A DNA stretch of 64,000 nt from the human T2T-CHM13v2.0 reference genome, Homo sapiens, in assembly GCF_009914755.1 (NCBI RefSeq), contig NC_060929.1, one strand, 5' to 3'. The notes under the pieces were generated by a model. It ran no database searches and was not told where the DNA came from. It was given only the letters and a program-made list of their open reading frames with translations. Below, in pieces: positions 28,361 through 44,521 of this stretch. The first letter of the stretch is position 1, and the number at the start of each line of letters is the position of its first letter. The position numbers and the translations under genes were made by a program.

Positions 28361-29136
28361 CATATTCAAGGTTGTACTGGGTTTTAGTTAGAAATTCAGA
28401 GGACAATTTGGACAGATCCCCTGCTTTGCCTCTGTTGCTTCCTTGCCCTCTTCCCCATCCCATTCCCCAGTTAATAACTCCCAGGAGTGGGTGGTAAGGG
28501 GGATGGCTATGGGCCAGGATGGAGCAGGAGCTCTGGGCCTCACTTCCGTTCTACAAGCCAGGGAAGCCACAGCTTCTTCCTGCCTCTACGTTCCCACATC
28601 CCTGGCAGTTGTAACTTCAGACAGACCTCTGGATTTTTACTAAGTTTTCATTCAAGACCCTTCATCATTTGGCTCCAACTTACCTTTCCAGGCTTTCCTT
28701 CTCCCCCACCAGATACTTTGCAGCCCTCCAGGTTTGTACATTTTCTCTTGTGCCTTCTCACGTCCCTTCCTTATGCTCACTACCAAAATGCCTGCTGCCC
28801 TGATCCTTCTAGTTCATCTCTTTCCCAGGTCATGGTGGTCTTGCCCTGGTCTGAATCATGGAGGCACTATTGTCTGCTCTCCTCATGTCCAGCTTTGTTA
28901 TCGTTGCATGTGAGCTCTGAGGAGGAATTGAGAGTCTAATGTTTTGGTCTCAGCTGTTGATTCAATGTTGGCATTGGGAAGTTTTATCAGCTCACATTGC
29001 CCAACTAGATAATGCTTTCAGGAAAAGAACACCGTCTTCTGCTTGTTCCTGTGCAGGACCGGGCCAACAGAGAAAAACTCAGTATAGGATTCACTGGTGC
29101 CTCTCCATCTCTCCTGTAGGGTAGGCCACCTTCTGA

Positions 29137-29281
29137 TTTGTTTGTTTTGTTTTATCTTGTTTGTAGAGATGGGGGTCTCGCTATGTTGCCCAGTCTGGTC
29201 TTGAACTCCTGGCCTCGAGATCCTCCTGCCTCGGCTTCACAAAGTTCTGGGATTACAGGTGTGAGCCACTGTGTCCAGCCC
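29137..29281 (-). mobile_element. FLAM / Alu left monomer
   Basis: Antisense monomer. Confidence 0.85.
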
Positions 29282-29339
29282 ACCATTGCAACAGCCTCCA
29301 ATCTGCCCCCACCACCCAACCCATCTGAGTCGTTATAAC

Positions 29340-29900
29340 ACAGATCTTGGTCATCTTTTGCTTAGAACCTTTTAATAGGCTGCCACTGACTTCAGGTTAA
29401 TTAAAATCCTGAACATGATAAACAAGGCCTTAGAACCTGGACCCTGCCTGCTTTTGCAGTCTCATCTTGTGCCATTTCTATCTGGTGTTCTATGCTTTAG
29501 TCACTGAAATATTTCCTTATATTTGAAAATGTCATGGTTCTTTTCTTGAACTCTGGGCCTTTGTGCAAGTTGTTCTCCCTGCCTAGAACACACTCTGAAC
29601 CCCATCTCTTGTCTCCAACTCCTCTTTCACCTAATTCTTCCTTAGAAGCCTTCTCTGAGCTCCCAAGTATAGGCTAGCCGCTCCTGCTGTGTGCTCCATA
29701 AGCTCTCTGTATATATCTCCGTCTTTTTTTAAAGCTCTTATCACATTGTATGGTAATTTCTTGATTAGCGTCTGTCTCTTACTAGATTATAAGCTCCGTG
29801 CAAAGTCTGTCATGTTCACTGCACTCTCAACACTGAACATATGAACATAGTCCCTGGTTCATAAGCTCAAAACTTGGTATATGTTTGTTGAACAAATGTT
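29340..29900 (+). mobile_element. L2 3' fragment
   Basis: ACTAGATTATAAGCTCC...TATGTTTGTTGAACAAATG. Confidence 0.7.
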
Positions 29901-31997
29901 TACTTGTATATCTTCACCAGCTTTAGTGTCCTTTTTTGTTGTTGTTGTTTGTTTAAATGGAGTTGTATTTTTAGCACCAGAAGGGTTTGAGACATATGGT
30001 AAATGCTGAAGAAATCCTTGGAAAATGAATGAATCTTGTCCAACATCTTCATTGCAAAAGTGAGGAGGAAGAGGATGTGCCACCTACAGTGCCTGGCAAA
30101 CAGGTGCTCAGTAAGTACTTGTCTATGAATAGGGCAACAGTAGAAGATTCAATGCCAGGGCCAAGGAGAGGAGTTGGGGAGAGCCAGCCAAATTGCTGGA
30201 CCTAGTACTTAGAAGGGGGTCTAAGTCTGACTCTATTGCATTTCAATGAAAATCTCCCCTTGCTGGAGCTGGGGTGTTGTTCTATTTTTATTTTTATTTT
30301 TTATTTTAAACTGGGACCTAGTTACGTAGGGGGAAGCACCAAATTAACTTTTTATGCTGCTTTGGGTGAATTATTCTTTGCCTTTCTCATCTGTTAAACA
30401 TGGGAGTAGGAGGAGTAGAGGTTTGGATTGAAGGCCCCATCTAGCTAGAGGATTATCAATTTCATATTGTGTCTGGGAGAAAAATTCCCTAGGAATGACT
30501 GGTAAAAGGCTTGCTATTCTTATTGGAACCAGCAGGTGGCAGGAAATGCATGCCCAACTGCATCTGGAGCTGCTTAGAGCTGGAGCAGGGGAAATCTGGT
30601 AGTGTACTCTGGAGCTCAGGGAAGTTGCTAGTAGTATGCCTGCTGAGTCTGGTGCTCACAGATATGGTTTCCTGATAATTTGCCTAAGGAGGCTGGCCAG
30701 AGAATTCGAGAACCAGATGCTTTGTGCACAACAAATGAGGCAACATGGGAAGATGGTGGGAGTTGGGAAAGCTGTCCAAGATCACAGGCTCTGAGAAATT
30801 CAGGCATGTAGCTAGTTCCTCTCCACTCACCATCTGGGACTTAAAATCCCTTCTGCAAACTTCCTGTTAAAGAGAGTTTCTGCAGAAGAAGCTTGTACAC
30901 CTCTAGGGTACAAATCACTTCCAGAGCGGCTTACTCTAAGGAAACTATTCTTTATGGTGAGCTCACTTCTGCATCATTGTAATTTCTGACATTTGGGCCA
31001 ACTTAAGAGCCCTTATGAATGAGATTACGTTAATTCAAATGCATAGAAGGAGGCAGGCAGGAGAAATGTGAGTGGTAAAGTGAGTTGGGGCTGAAAAATA
31101 TCCCTGGTTAGAAGGGATGGTATTAACTGGAAAATGCATTCCCTACCTAAAGGCAGTTCCAGTGCACCAATACCTTATGGGAAGCACATTCAGTGTGGCT
31201 GGATGCTGTGATTTTTTTTCTAGTGAAGCCAGAAGTGTGGTTTTTAAATGCTGACCCCTTAAGTCCAGATTTTAAAAACACTCCAGGCCAAAGTACAGAT
31301 ATTTGCACACCAAATCTGGCCTTCCGGCTACTAGTTTTTGACCTTCGCCATGGGATGAGGCTTAGTTTTTATTTAAGATCTAATAAATGCAGGACAATTT
31401 TTATCTGCTTCAGGATGGACACACTGATGAACAGATAAGAACTCATGGTGGTATGGTTAATGTTTGGAGAAGAACCTCGGGTTTTTTAGCACCTCTCCTG
31501 CCTTTGCCATCAGTGCCTCATGATACCGGTGACTTGGCCTTGCTATTGTGGGTCTCTCTCATCAGTTGCATGGAAGGAGTGGATAGGGTGATTGCTGAGG
31601 TATCTTCAAAGGAGGGAACAGAGCAGGAGAATCTGATCAAATCTAGCTAGTGGCCTTATTCACACTTTATCTGGCCAGAGATAGTGTTTGTTTTCTTTTA
31701 GTGTGTCAAACTGGTAGATACTTAGGGAGCGTAGAAGCAGCCTTTGAAAGTACCATAGGCCCACCATACTACATATCTTCAGGAGGCTCCATTCCCATTT
31801 TAGTCCATACAAACAGCATCTACTGGAGCTGTGCAGTGCTCAATCAAAGGGGCTGGTGCTAGTAAAATATCTTGGACATGATCTTTTCAAATCAGTGTTT
31901 TTAACAAATGTCTCTAGCAGATGAAATTACAAAAAGCAGCTAGTGTATAGGGAAAATGGAAAAATAAAATCCTAGAGATACTTACGTTTGGTCAGTT

Positions 31998-32145
31998 TCT
32001 TTCTTTCTTTCTGTTTTTTTTTTTTTTTTTGAGACAAAGTCACTATGTTGCCCACATTGGTCTGGAACTCCTGGGCTAAAGCAATCCTCTCACCTCAGTC
32101 TTCCTAGTAGTTGGGATTATAGGCACAAGCCATCATGCCAGTTGC
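31998..32145 (-). mobile_element. FLAM-like monomer
   Basis: T tail plus a diverged Alu monomer. Confidence 0.8.
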
Positions 32146-32847
32146 TTAAATAGACTTTTTTTTTTTTTTTTAAAGCATCAGAGGCTAGGTATTAAATGGA
32201 CAATATAGAGTAACTAAAACTAGGGGTCATTTAAGAAGTTCTATCTGGCTTGCTGAACCCAAGACAATTTCCTCCTTCAATGTAGTTTAGAAGGATGGTG
32301 ATATCTTAATTCCCATGGACATCTTCTGTATTGGAACGTCGGCCTCCTCCCTGTGGTAAACTGCCAGAAGTTAATTGAATCAGATTGCTGATGTTTAAGA
32401 AACATACTGATGGAAATGTGTGTATATGTAATCATTTTAATCCTTGGCACTTGTGCGGCAGGAACAAAACTTAAAGCTACTTTGGCATCCTCTGATTTAA
32501 TTCTCACCAGAATTTCCCTTTATACGCATTTTGCACATGAAGAACCTGGGCCCAAGTAGGCTAGCTCAAAGTCTCATACTAAAGAAAACTAAAGAGGCAG
32601 GGTCCTTTGTCACAGCACATTGCGCCTGGGCAGACAACTATTTTGTTTTGTTTTATTTTATTTTTGAGCTTTACTGATTAATAGACAACGATTTTAAATA
32701 GGTCAGTCTAAAGCTTGTAGGACCTGGCATATTGCAGGTATGTACTGTGACCTGCAACACTATGACAGGTCATAATGTGTGGGTCCCTGGTTGCCCTAAT
32801 CTGTCAGTGGAAAAACTTCAGACTCTCTGTCTGAAGGCTTCTTCTTT

Positions 32848-32893
32848 ATTGCTTTTAATGGCAAAAACTGCAATTATTTTTGCACCAACCTAA
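32848..32893. mobile_element. Half MADE1 (Hsmar1-derived MITE)
   Basis: TAATGGCAAAAACTGCAATTATTTTTGCACCAACCTAA matches one recalled MADE1 inverted repeat. Confidence 0.85.
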
Positions 32894-33883
32894 TCTTTTG
32901 TTTATCCCTTTGTTCATTTGTTTAACAAATACTTATTGCATGCTCACTATATGTTAGGCATTGTGTTAGGCACCAGGGATATAGCACAGAGCAAAACCAA
33001 ACACGGTCTCTGCCTTTATGGAGCTTGCGATTTGGTGGAAGAGATCGGCTTTAAAAAAATCACATCATTGAATTTATGCTTTTAAATCAGGATACATTTT
33101 TAGAAGTTTAGAAATTAAGTTCAAGTAGAACGTGGCATTTGCTAGGACACACAGTGCACTGGAAGAGCAGTACAGGGAAAGAGAACAAGATATTTAAAAT
33201 CCTGTGTGTATGTTTGAAGAACTAAGAAAAAAGCTAGGGTGGTTGGATCTTCTGGGGAACTAGTTATGGACCCACGGTATGGAGCAGTTTGCTCCAGCAG
33301 GCTGCATGCTCCCCATTGGCATTCTTTGGTCAGTGCACAACCTCGTGAACAGAGGTTGGTAACTTCTCAGAGGTGCCCTGTCAAATATTCCTTTATTCAA
33401 TCCCTCATATGGAGAGAGAACCCACTCTGGCAGAGATCTTGCTTGTTGCCTCTTTCCTAGAGGCAGGAAGCAAAGGCCTGAACCTGGGCATTCTACGTTA
33501 AGATCTCACCTTTTGTGGTGCAATTGTCTTCTGGAATCAAGCCTATTAAAACAATGCAGTCTTGCAGAAAAAAGCCAGTGGACACCTCCCAATCTTTTAG
33601 GTTTATAGTTAGTTATTTTCTTGACCCCATCAGCTTTTAGTTAATCAGTTGCGCCTTTAGGTATAACTTGATAATTTCTGTAGTGTTACTGTTAGGATTC
33701 GAAGAGTGACTGCCTATAGACCCACCTAGGGCATTATTTATGGGAGGGAAAGCTGAGACCTCTAGGTCTTTAATTCCTATTTCTAACCTGCCTTGCACAT
33801 TGAGAAGGATGGACCATTGAAACAAATAACACAAGACAATACTGCTTAGAACTCTTTTGTTTACTAACAGCTGTCCCTCCTTA

Positions 33884-34051
<168 letters not shown>

Positions 34052-34229
34052 CTAGAGTGGGGGTGGAGGAGAAACAGGGAGGTGAAAGCAGGGGAATGTA
34101 AAACATTAAGCATGGCGGAATATTTTCTGCTCTTCGGTAATTCCCCACATCACCCACTGCTGTCTGCTTCTCAGCTGGGATATTAGGGTGGAGGTATAGA
34201 GGAAAACAGAAAAGAAATGCATCAGACAG

Positions 34230-34389
34230 ACTGGAAAGAATATTGGGGGTAAATAGATTATGGTACCTATGACAGTACTGAAGAGAAGACAATGGTATAT
34301 TTAGCATTATCATTTAGAACAGAATGCTGTCTTTCATTTAAGGGTGATTGGAACAAACTGTTGTAGTGAGCATTAAAAGTGAATGGAGG
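34230..34389. repeat. Detached block of the same ~35-bp array next to GLRA1 exon 8
   Basis: TTAGAACAGAATGCTGTC, AAGGGTGATTGGAACA and GCATTAAAAGTGAATGGAGG resemble units at 52100-52450. Confidence 0.7.
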
Positions 34390-34574
34390 ATGTCAGCAAA
34401 AATGGCATCGTAAGGACCTGAAAATTCCTCCAAAAAATTAATGAGAACACTGGAAAAAATTGTCAGTGCCAACTTTTCAGAACTCCACTAATTACCAAAG
34501 GCTTATATCAGTCCTGTGAACATTTATTCAAGAAAATCAGCTGAATCTTAATAAGAACAGCAAGCTTTGTGGCA

Positions 34575-35058
34575 GTGTTTAAAAGTGTTATTGAGATATA
34601 ATTCACATACCATACAATTCACACATTTAAAGTGTATAGTTTAATGATTTTTAGAATATTCACACATATGTGCAATCATCATCATCAGTCAATTTTAGAA
34701 CATTTTCATTACCTCAAAAAGAAATGTTACCTTTTAGCTGTCACCTCTCTATTCCCCCAGCCATAAACAACCACTAATCCATATTTTATATGAATGAAAT
34801 AATGCAATATGTGGCTTTTTATGATTGGCCTCTTTCACTTAGCATATTTTCAAGGTTCATTCACATCGTAACATGTATCAGTATTTCATTCCTTTTTATG
34901 GCTGAATAATACCCTGTTTTATGGATATACAACATTCTGTTTATCCATTAATCAGGTAATGGATATTTAAATTTTCTACCTTTTAGCTACTGTGAGTAAT
35001 GCTGCTATAAACAACCATGTACAAGTTTCTGCACAGACATGTATTTTCATTTCCCTTG
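34575..35058 (-). mobile_element. 5'-truncated L1M 3' fragment nested in the older L1 5' UTR
   Basis: TTATTGAGATATAATTCACATACCATACAATTCAC antisense L1 end; flanking duplication AGCTTTGTGG. Confidence 0.8.
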
Positions 35059-38000
35059 GAGCTTTGTGGTGTTTTGCCCTATTCCTGTCATAATCTATCC
35101 AGCTCCATAGTAGCATTGAAAACCAACAGCTGTCTGGAAGCCATTGGATGGAGCAGAACACAGTTGGAGCTTCTTCAATGCCTCATTCCCAGAGAGTTAT
35201 CATCATTTGATATATCTCATGGTTCCCTCAAAGATGCCACTCACAAGGCTGTCTTTGACCTGATTTGAAGTTTGCCCCGTGTGAACAACCTTTTCTTTGA
35301 GGACATTTTTCAAAAGCAATCAATAGTAATTGCCACCTGAGGCAGTTGGGGCAAAATAATAGGTTAATCAAAAAGCTGAAAAAGAAAAGCTGGGTAATGA
35401 GTTGTTTATAGGGGGCTTTGGAAAGCTGTGACATATTCTTGGGAAACTGTGTGCAAGCTTAGAGCTGTGTGAATTCCCGGGAAGACTTGAGATGGCTCTA
35501 GGCTCTCACCTTTGGCTAACCTTGATAGTCTGAGCAAGCAGGAAGTGGAGCCTGAGTCAAAGTTGTAAACTGCCTCACAGAATGTTTAAGGTAGAGAGCC
35601 CCTTGGCAAAGGCTAGGAGACTTATAGTTTCCAGGCATTTAGGAAACCTTTGTCTGATTTTTAGCTGACTACCAACCTGAGCAGAGACTTCAGTAGTCCC
35701 ACAAAACAAATAATACGAACTTTACGGAATTAATTCAGAAAAGTTACTGAATAGCAACAGCAACAAATCCTGAAGAGAGGGTAGAATTTGATTTTCAAAG
35801 TTGCCACATTATATTATTAAAATGTCCAAACTTGGCTGGCAAGATGGCCAAATAGGAACAGCTCCGGTCTGCAGCTCCCAGCAAGATCAATGCAGAAGGC
35901 GAGTGATTTCTGCATTTCTAACTGAGGTACCCAGCTCATCTCACTGGGACTGGTTAGACAGTGGGTGCAGCCCACAGAAGGTGAGCTGAAGCAGAGTGGG
36001 GTGTCACCTCACCCAGAAAGCACAAGGGGTTGGGGATCTCCCTCCCCTGGCCAAGGGAAGCCCTGAGGGGCTGTGTCATGAGGGATGGTGCACTCCGGCC
36101 CCAGATACTACTCTTTTCCCAGTGTCTTTGCAACCCGCAGAAAAGGAGATTCCCTCGGGTGCCTGTGCCACCAGGGCCCTGGTTTTCAAGCACAAAACTG
36201 GGCAGCTGTTTGGACAGACACCGAGCTAGCTGCAGTTTTGTTTTTTCATACCCCAGTGGCACCTGGAACCCCAGCAAGACAGAACCATTCACTCCCCTGG
36301 AAAGGGGGCTGAAGCCAGGGAGCCAAGTGATTTAGCTCAGCAGATCCCATCCCCACGGAGCCCAGCAAGCTAAGATCCACTGGCTTGAAATTCTCGCTGC
36401 CAGCACAGCAGTCTGAAGTTGACCTGGAACACTTGAGCTTGGTGGGGGGAGGAGTGTCCACCATTACTGAGGCTTGAGTAGGCGGTTTCCCCCTCACAGT
36501 GTAAACAAAGCTGCCAGGAAGTTCGAACTGGGTGGAGCACACCACAGCTCAGCAAAGCCTCTGTAGCCAGGCTGTGTCTCTAGATTCCTCCTCTCTGGGC
36601 AGAGCATCTCTGAAAGAAAAGGAGCAGCTCCAGTCAGGGGCTTATAGATAAAACTACCAACTCTCTGGGACAAAGCACCTGGGGGAAGGGACAGCTGTGG
36701 GAGCAGCTTCAGCAGACTTAAACGTTCCTGCCTGCCAGCTCTGAAGAGAGCAGTGGATCTCCCAGCACAGCACTCGAGCTCTGCTAAGGGACAGACTGCC
36801 TCAAGTGGGTCCCTGACCCCTGTGCCTCCTGATGGAGAGACACCTCCCTGCAGGAGTGGAAAGACAACTCATACAGGAGAGCTCTGGCTGGCACCTGGCA
36901 GGTGCCCCTCTGGGATGAAGCTTCCAGAGGAAGGAACAGGTAGCAATCTTTGCTGTTCTGCAGTCTCCACTGGTGATAACTAGGCACACAGGGTCTGGAG
37001 TGGACCTCCAGCAAACTCCAGCAGACCTGCAGCTCAGAGGCCTGACTGTTAGAAGGAAAACTAACAAACAGAAAGGAATAGCGTCAAAATCAACAAAAAG
37101 GACATCCACACAGAAATCCCATTTGAAGGTCACAAGCGTCAAAGGCCAAAGGTAGATAAATCCATGAAGAAGAGGAAAAGCCAGCACAAAAAGGCTGAAA
37201 ATTCCAAAAACCAGAATGCCTTTTCTCTTCCAAAGGATCACAACTCCTTGCCAGCAAGGGAACAAAACTGGACAGAGAATGAGTTCGACAAATTGACAGA
37301 AGTAGGCTTCAGAAGGTGGGGAATAGCAAACTCCTCCAAGCTAAAGGAGCATTCTAATCCAAGGCAAGGAAGCTAAGAACCTTGAAAAGAGTTTAGAGGA
37401 ATTGCTAACTAGAATAACAAGCTTAGAGAAGAATATAAATGACCTGATGGAGCTGAAAAACACAGCGCAAGAACTTCGTGAAGCATACACAAGTATCGAT
37501 AGCTGAATCGATCAAGCGGAATAAAGGATATCAGAGATTGAAGATCAATTTAGTGAAATAAAGCATGAAGACAAGATTAGAGAAAAAAGAATGAAAAGGA
37601 ACAAACAAAGCCTCCAAGAAATACAGGACTCTGTGAAAAGACCAAACCTACGTTCAGTTGGTGTACCTGAAAGTGACGGGGAGAATGGAACCAAGTTGAA
37701 AACACTCTTCGGGGTATTATCCAGGAGAACTTCCCCAACCTAGCAAGACAGGCCAATATTCAAATTCGGGAAATACAGAGAACACCACAAAGATACTCCT
37801 CGAGAAGACCAACCGCAAGACACATAATTGTCAGATTCACAAAGGTTGAAATGAAGGAAAAAATGTTAGGGGCAGCCAGAGGGAAAGGTCAGGTTACCCA
37901 GAAAGGGAAGCCCATCAGACTAATAGCGGATCTCTCGGCAGAAACCCTACAAGCCAGAAGAGACTGGGGGCCAATATTCAACAATCTTAAAGAAAAGAAT

Positions 38001-38240
38001 TTTCAACCCAGAATTTCATACCCAGCCAAACTAAGCTTCATAAGCAAAGGAGAAACAGAATCCTTTACAGACAAGCAAATGCTGAGAGATTTAGTCTCCA
38101 CCAGGCCTGTCTCACAAGAACTCCTGAAGGAAGCACTAAACATGGAAAGGAACAACCGGTACCAGCCACTGCAAAAACATGCCAAATTGTGAAGACCGTT
38201 GACACTATGAAGAAACCACATCAACTAATGGGCAAAATAA

Positions 38241-38822
<582 letters not shown>

Positions 38823-39729
38823 TGATAAAACAGACTTTAAACCAATAAAGATCAAAAAAGACAAAGAAGGGCATTACATAATGGTAAAGGGATCAATGCA
38901 ACAAGAAGAGCTAACTGTCCTAAATACATATGCACCCCATATACACCCAGATTCGTAAGGCAAGTTCTTAGAGACCTACAAAGAGACTTAGACTCTCACA
39001 CAATAATAGTGGGAGACTTTAACACCCCACTGAAAATAATATTAGATCAACGAGACAAAAAATTAACGAGGATATTCAGGATGTGAACTCAGCTCTGGAC
39101 CAAGCGGACCTAATAGAAATTACAGAACTCTCCACCCAAAATCAACAAAATATACCTTCTTCTCAGCAACACATCACACTTATTCTAAAATTGACCACAT
39201 AATTGGAAGTAAAACATTCCTCAGCAAATGCAAAAGAATGGAAATCATAACAAACAGTCTCTCAGACCACAGCACAATCAAATTGAAACTCAGGATTAAG
39301 AAACTCACTCAAAACCACAAAACTCCACGGAAACTAAACAACCTGCTCCTGAATAACTACTGGGTAAATAACGAAATTAAGGCAGAAATGAATAATTTCT
39401 TTGAAACCAATGATAACAAAGACACAACATACCAGAATCTCTGGGACACATCTAAAGCAGTGTTTAGAGGAAAATTTATAGCACTAAATGCCCACAGGAG
39501 AAAGCAGGAAAGATCTAAAATTGACACCCTAACATCAGAATTAAAAGAACTAGAAAAGCAAGAGCAAACAAATTCAAAAGCTAGCAGAAGACAAGAAATA
39601 ACTAAAATCAGAGCAGAACTGAAGGAGATAGAAACATGAAAAACCCTTCAAAAAATCAGTGAATCCAGGGCTGGTTTGTTGAAGATTAATAAAATATATA
39701 GACTGCTAGCCAGCCTAATAAAGAAAAGA

Positions 39730-40131
<402 letters not shown>

Positions 40132-40426
40132 CTATGCAAATAAACTAGAAAATCTAGGAGAAATGGATAAATTCCTGGACACATACACCCTCCCAAGACT
40201 AACCCAGGAAGAAGTTGAATCCCGGAAAAGGTCAATAACAAGTCTGAAATTGACACAGTAATTAATAACCTACCAACCAAAAAAAGCCCAGGACCAGAAG
40301 GATTCACAGCCAAATTCTACAAGAGGTACAAAGAGGAGCTGGTACCATTCATTCTGAAACTATTCCAAACAATAGAAAAAGAGGGACTCCTCCCTAACTC
40401 ATTTTATGAGGCCAGCATCATCCTGA

Positions 40427-40531
<105 letters not shown>

Positions 40532-40980
40532 TAGAAAATCCTCAATAAATTACTGGCAAACTGAATCCAGCAGCACATCAAAAAGCTTATCCATGACCAT
40601 CAATTCAGCTTCATCCCTGGGATGCAAGGCTGGTTCAATATATGCAAATCAATAGACATAATCCATCATAAAGACAGAACCAATGCCAAAAACCCATGAT
40701 TATCTCAATAGATGCAGAAAAGGCCTTTGATAAAATTCCACACCCCTTCATGCTAAAAACTCTCAATAAACTGGGTATTGATGGAATGTATCTCAAAATA
40801 ATAAGAGCTATTTATGACAAACCTGCAGCCAGTATCATATAGAATGAGCAAAAGCTGGAAGCATTCCCTTTGAAAGCCAGCACAAGACAAGGATTCCCTC
40901 TCTCACCACTCCTATTCAACATAGTATTGGAAGTGCTGGCCAGGGCAGTCAGGCAAGAGAAAGAAATAAAAGGTATTTAA

Positions 40981-41166
<186 letters not shown>

Positions 41167-43189
41167 TAATGAGTGAACTCCCATTCACAACTGCTGCAAA
41201 GAGAATAGAATACCTAGGAATACAGCTTACAAGGGATGTGAAGGACCTCTTCAAGGAGAACTACAAACCACTGCTCAAGGAAATAAGAGAGGACACAAAC
41301 AAATGGAAGAACATTCCATGCTCATGGATAGGAAGAATTAATATTGTGAAAATGGCCATACTTCCCAAAGTAATTTATAGATTCATTGCTATCACCATCA
41401 AGCTACCATTGACTTTCTTCACAGAATTAGAAAAAACTACTTCAAATTTCATATGTAACCAAAAAAGAGCCCACATAACCAAGACAATCCTAAGCCAAGA
41501 GAACAAAGCTGGAGGCATCACACTACCCAACTTCAAGCTATACTACAAGGCTGCAGTAACCAAAACAGCATGATGCTGGTACCAAAACTGATATATAGAC
41601 CAACGGAACAGAACAGAGGCCTCAGAAATAACGCCACATAACTATAACCATCTGATCTTGACAAAAACAAGCAATGGGGAAAGGATTCCCTATTCAATAA
41701 ATGGTGTTGGGAAAACTGTCTAGCCTTAAGCAGAAAACTGAAACTGCACCCCTTCCTTACACCTTATACAAAAATTAAGATGGATTGAGGACTTAAATGT
41801 AAGACCTAAAACCATAAAATCCCTAGAAGAAAACCTAGGCAATACCATTCAGGACATAGGCCCAAACAAAGCCTTCATGACTAAAACACCAAAAGCAATG
41901 GCAACAAAAGCCAAAATTGACAAATGGGATCTAATTAAACTAAAGAGCTTCTGCACAGCAAACAACAACAACAACAACAAAAAACCAAAAAACTATCATC
42001 AGAGTGAACAGGCAACCTACGGAATGGGAGAAAATTTTTGCAATCTATCCATCTGACAAAGGGCTAATATTCAGAATCTATAAAGAACTTAAACAAATTT
42101 ATAAGAAAAACAACCCCATCAAAAAGTGGGCAAAGGATATGAACAGACACTTCTCAAAAGAAGACATTTATGCAGTCAACAAACATATGAAAACAAGCTC
42201 ATCACCACTGGTCATTAGAGCAATGCAAATAAAAACCACAATGAGATACCATGTCATGCCAGTTAGAATGGCCATCATTAAAAAGTTAGGAAATAACAGA
42301 TGCTGGAGAGGATGTGGAGAAATAGGAATGCTTTTACACTGTTGGTGAGAATGTAAATTAGTTCAACCATTGTGGAAGACAGTGTGGCAATTCCTGAAGG
42401 ATCTAGAACTAGAAATATAATTTGACCCAGCAATCCCAATACTGGGTATATACCCAAAGGATTATAAATCATTCTACTATAAAGACACATGCACACGTAT
42501 GTTTATTGCAGCACTGTTCACAATAGCAAAGCCTTGGAACCAACCCAAATGGCCACCAATGATAGACTGATAAAGAAAATGTGTCACATATACACTATGG
42601 AATACTATGCAGCCATAAAAAGGATGAGTTCATGTCCTTTGTGGGGACATGGATGAAGCTGGAAACCATTATTCTCGGCAAACTAACACAAGAACAGAAA
42701 ACCAAATACTGCATGTTCTCACTCATAAATGGGAGTTCAACAATGAGAATACATGGACACAGGGCAGGGAACATCACACACCAGGGCCTATTGGGTGGTA
42801 GGGGGCTAGGGGAGGGATAGCATTAGGAGAAATACCTAACGTAGATGATGGGTTGATGGGTGCAGCAAACCACCATGACGTGTGTATACCTATGTAACAA
42901 ACCTGCATGTTCTGCACATGTATCCCAGAACTTAAATAAAATGTCCATTTTTAACAAAAATTCTAAGACATGCAAAGAAAGAGGAAAGTATGGCTCATAC
43001 ATAGGGAGAAAAGTAGTCAAAAGAAGCTGTCCCTGAGGAAGCCCAGATGCTGGACTTAATAGACAAAGACTTTAAATCAGTTATTTTAAGTATGTTCAAC
43101 AAACTAGAGGAAACTATGTCTAAACAACTAAAGGAAAATATGAGAGCAGTGTCTCACCAAATATAGCATATTAATAAAGAGAAATGATA

Positions 43190-43538
<349 letters not shown>

Positions 43539-43866
43539 TCAACAGTAGATTTAAGAAGACAGAAGAATCAGGAAACTTAAAGAAGAATCAGTGAATTTTA
43601 GATTATATGGTCTGAGGAACAGAATGAAGAAAAATAAACAGCCCCAGAAACCTGTGGGAAACCATGTAATGCACCAACATAATGTTTAATAGGAATTTGC
43701 AGTGGAGACAGAAAGAATATTTAAAAAAATAGTGCCTGAAAACTTATCAAATTTGATTAAAAATAGTAATCTATACATCTAAGAAGCACAGGGAAATCCA
43801 AGTAAGATAAAGAGATCCACACCTAGACACATCCTAATCAAAATGTCAGAAGACAAAGTCAGAATC

Positions 43867-43970
43867 TTTTTTTTTCAGATGGAGTCTCGCTCTGTTGCCC
43901 AGGCTAGAGTGCAGTGGCTAGATCTCTGCTACTGCAACCTCCACCTCCCAGGTTCAAGAAATTCTCCTGC
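43867..43970 (-). mobile_element. Short 5'-truncated Alu
   Basis: T tail plus ~90 bp of Alu 3' end; flanking duplication CAGAATCTT. Confidence 0.85.
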
Positions 43971-44521
43971 AAAGGCAGAATCTTAAAACAGCAAAAGAGA
44001 AGCAACTCCTTTTGTACAAGGGATTCTTGATAAGATTAACAGTTGTATTCTCATTAACACCATCGGGTACAGAAGATAGTGGGATAACATTTTCAAAGTG
44101 CTGAAAGGAAAAGACTGCCAATTTTTCTCAAGAATTCTGTATCCCTTAAAAATGAAAAATACATTTTTAGGTAAACAAAAGCTGAGAGACTTCCGCTAGC
44201 AGATCTGTCCTACAAGAAATACTAAAGGACGCCCTTTAGGCTGAAATAAAAGGATGCTAGACAGTAACTCAAATTCATACGAAGAAATAAGGAGTATTAG
44301 TAAAGGTAACTGCATAGGTAAATATTCAAGACAATATAAAAAATGCAGTTTTTGTTTATAACTTTTTTCTCCTATCTGATTTAAAGGACAGTTGAGTAAA
44401 TCAATGATTGTAAACCTGTGTTAATCAACATATAATGAAGATGTAATTTGTATGATAATAGTGCAAAGGAAGGGGGAGGTAATTGAGATATATATAGGAG
44501 CAAAGTTTTTTGCGTACTGTT

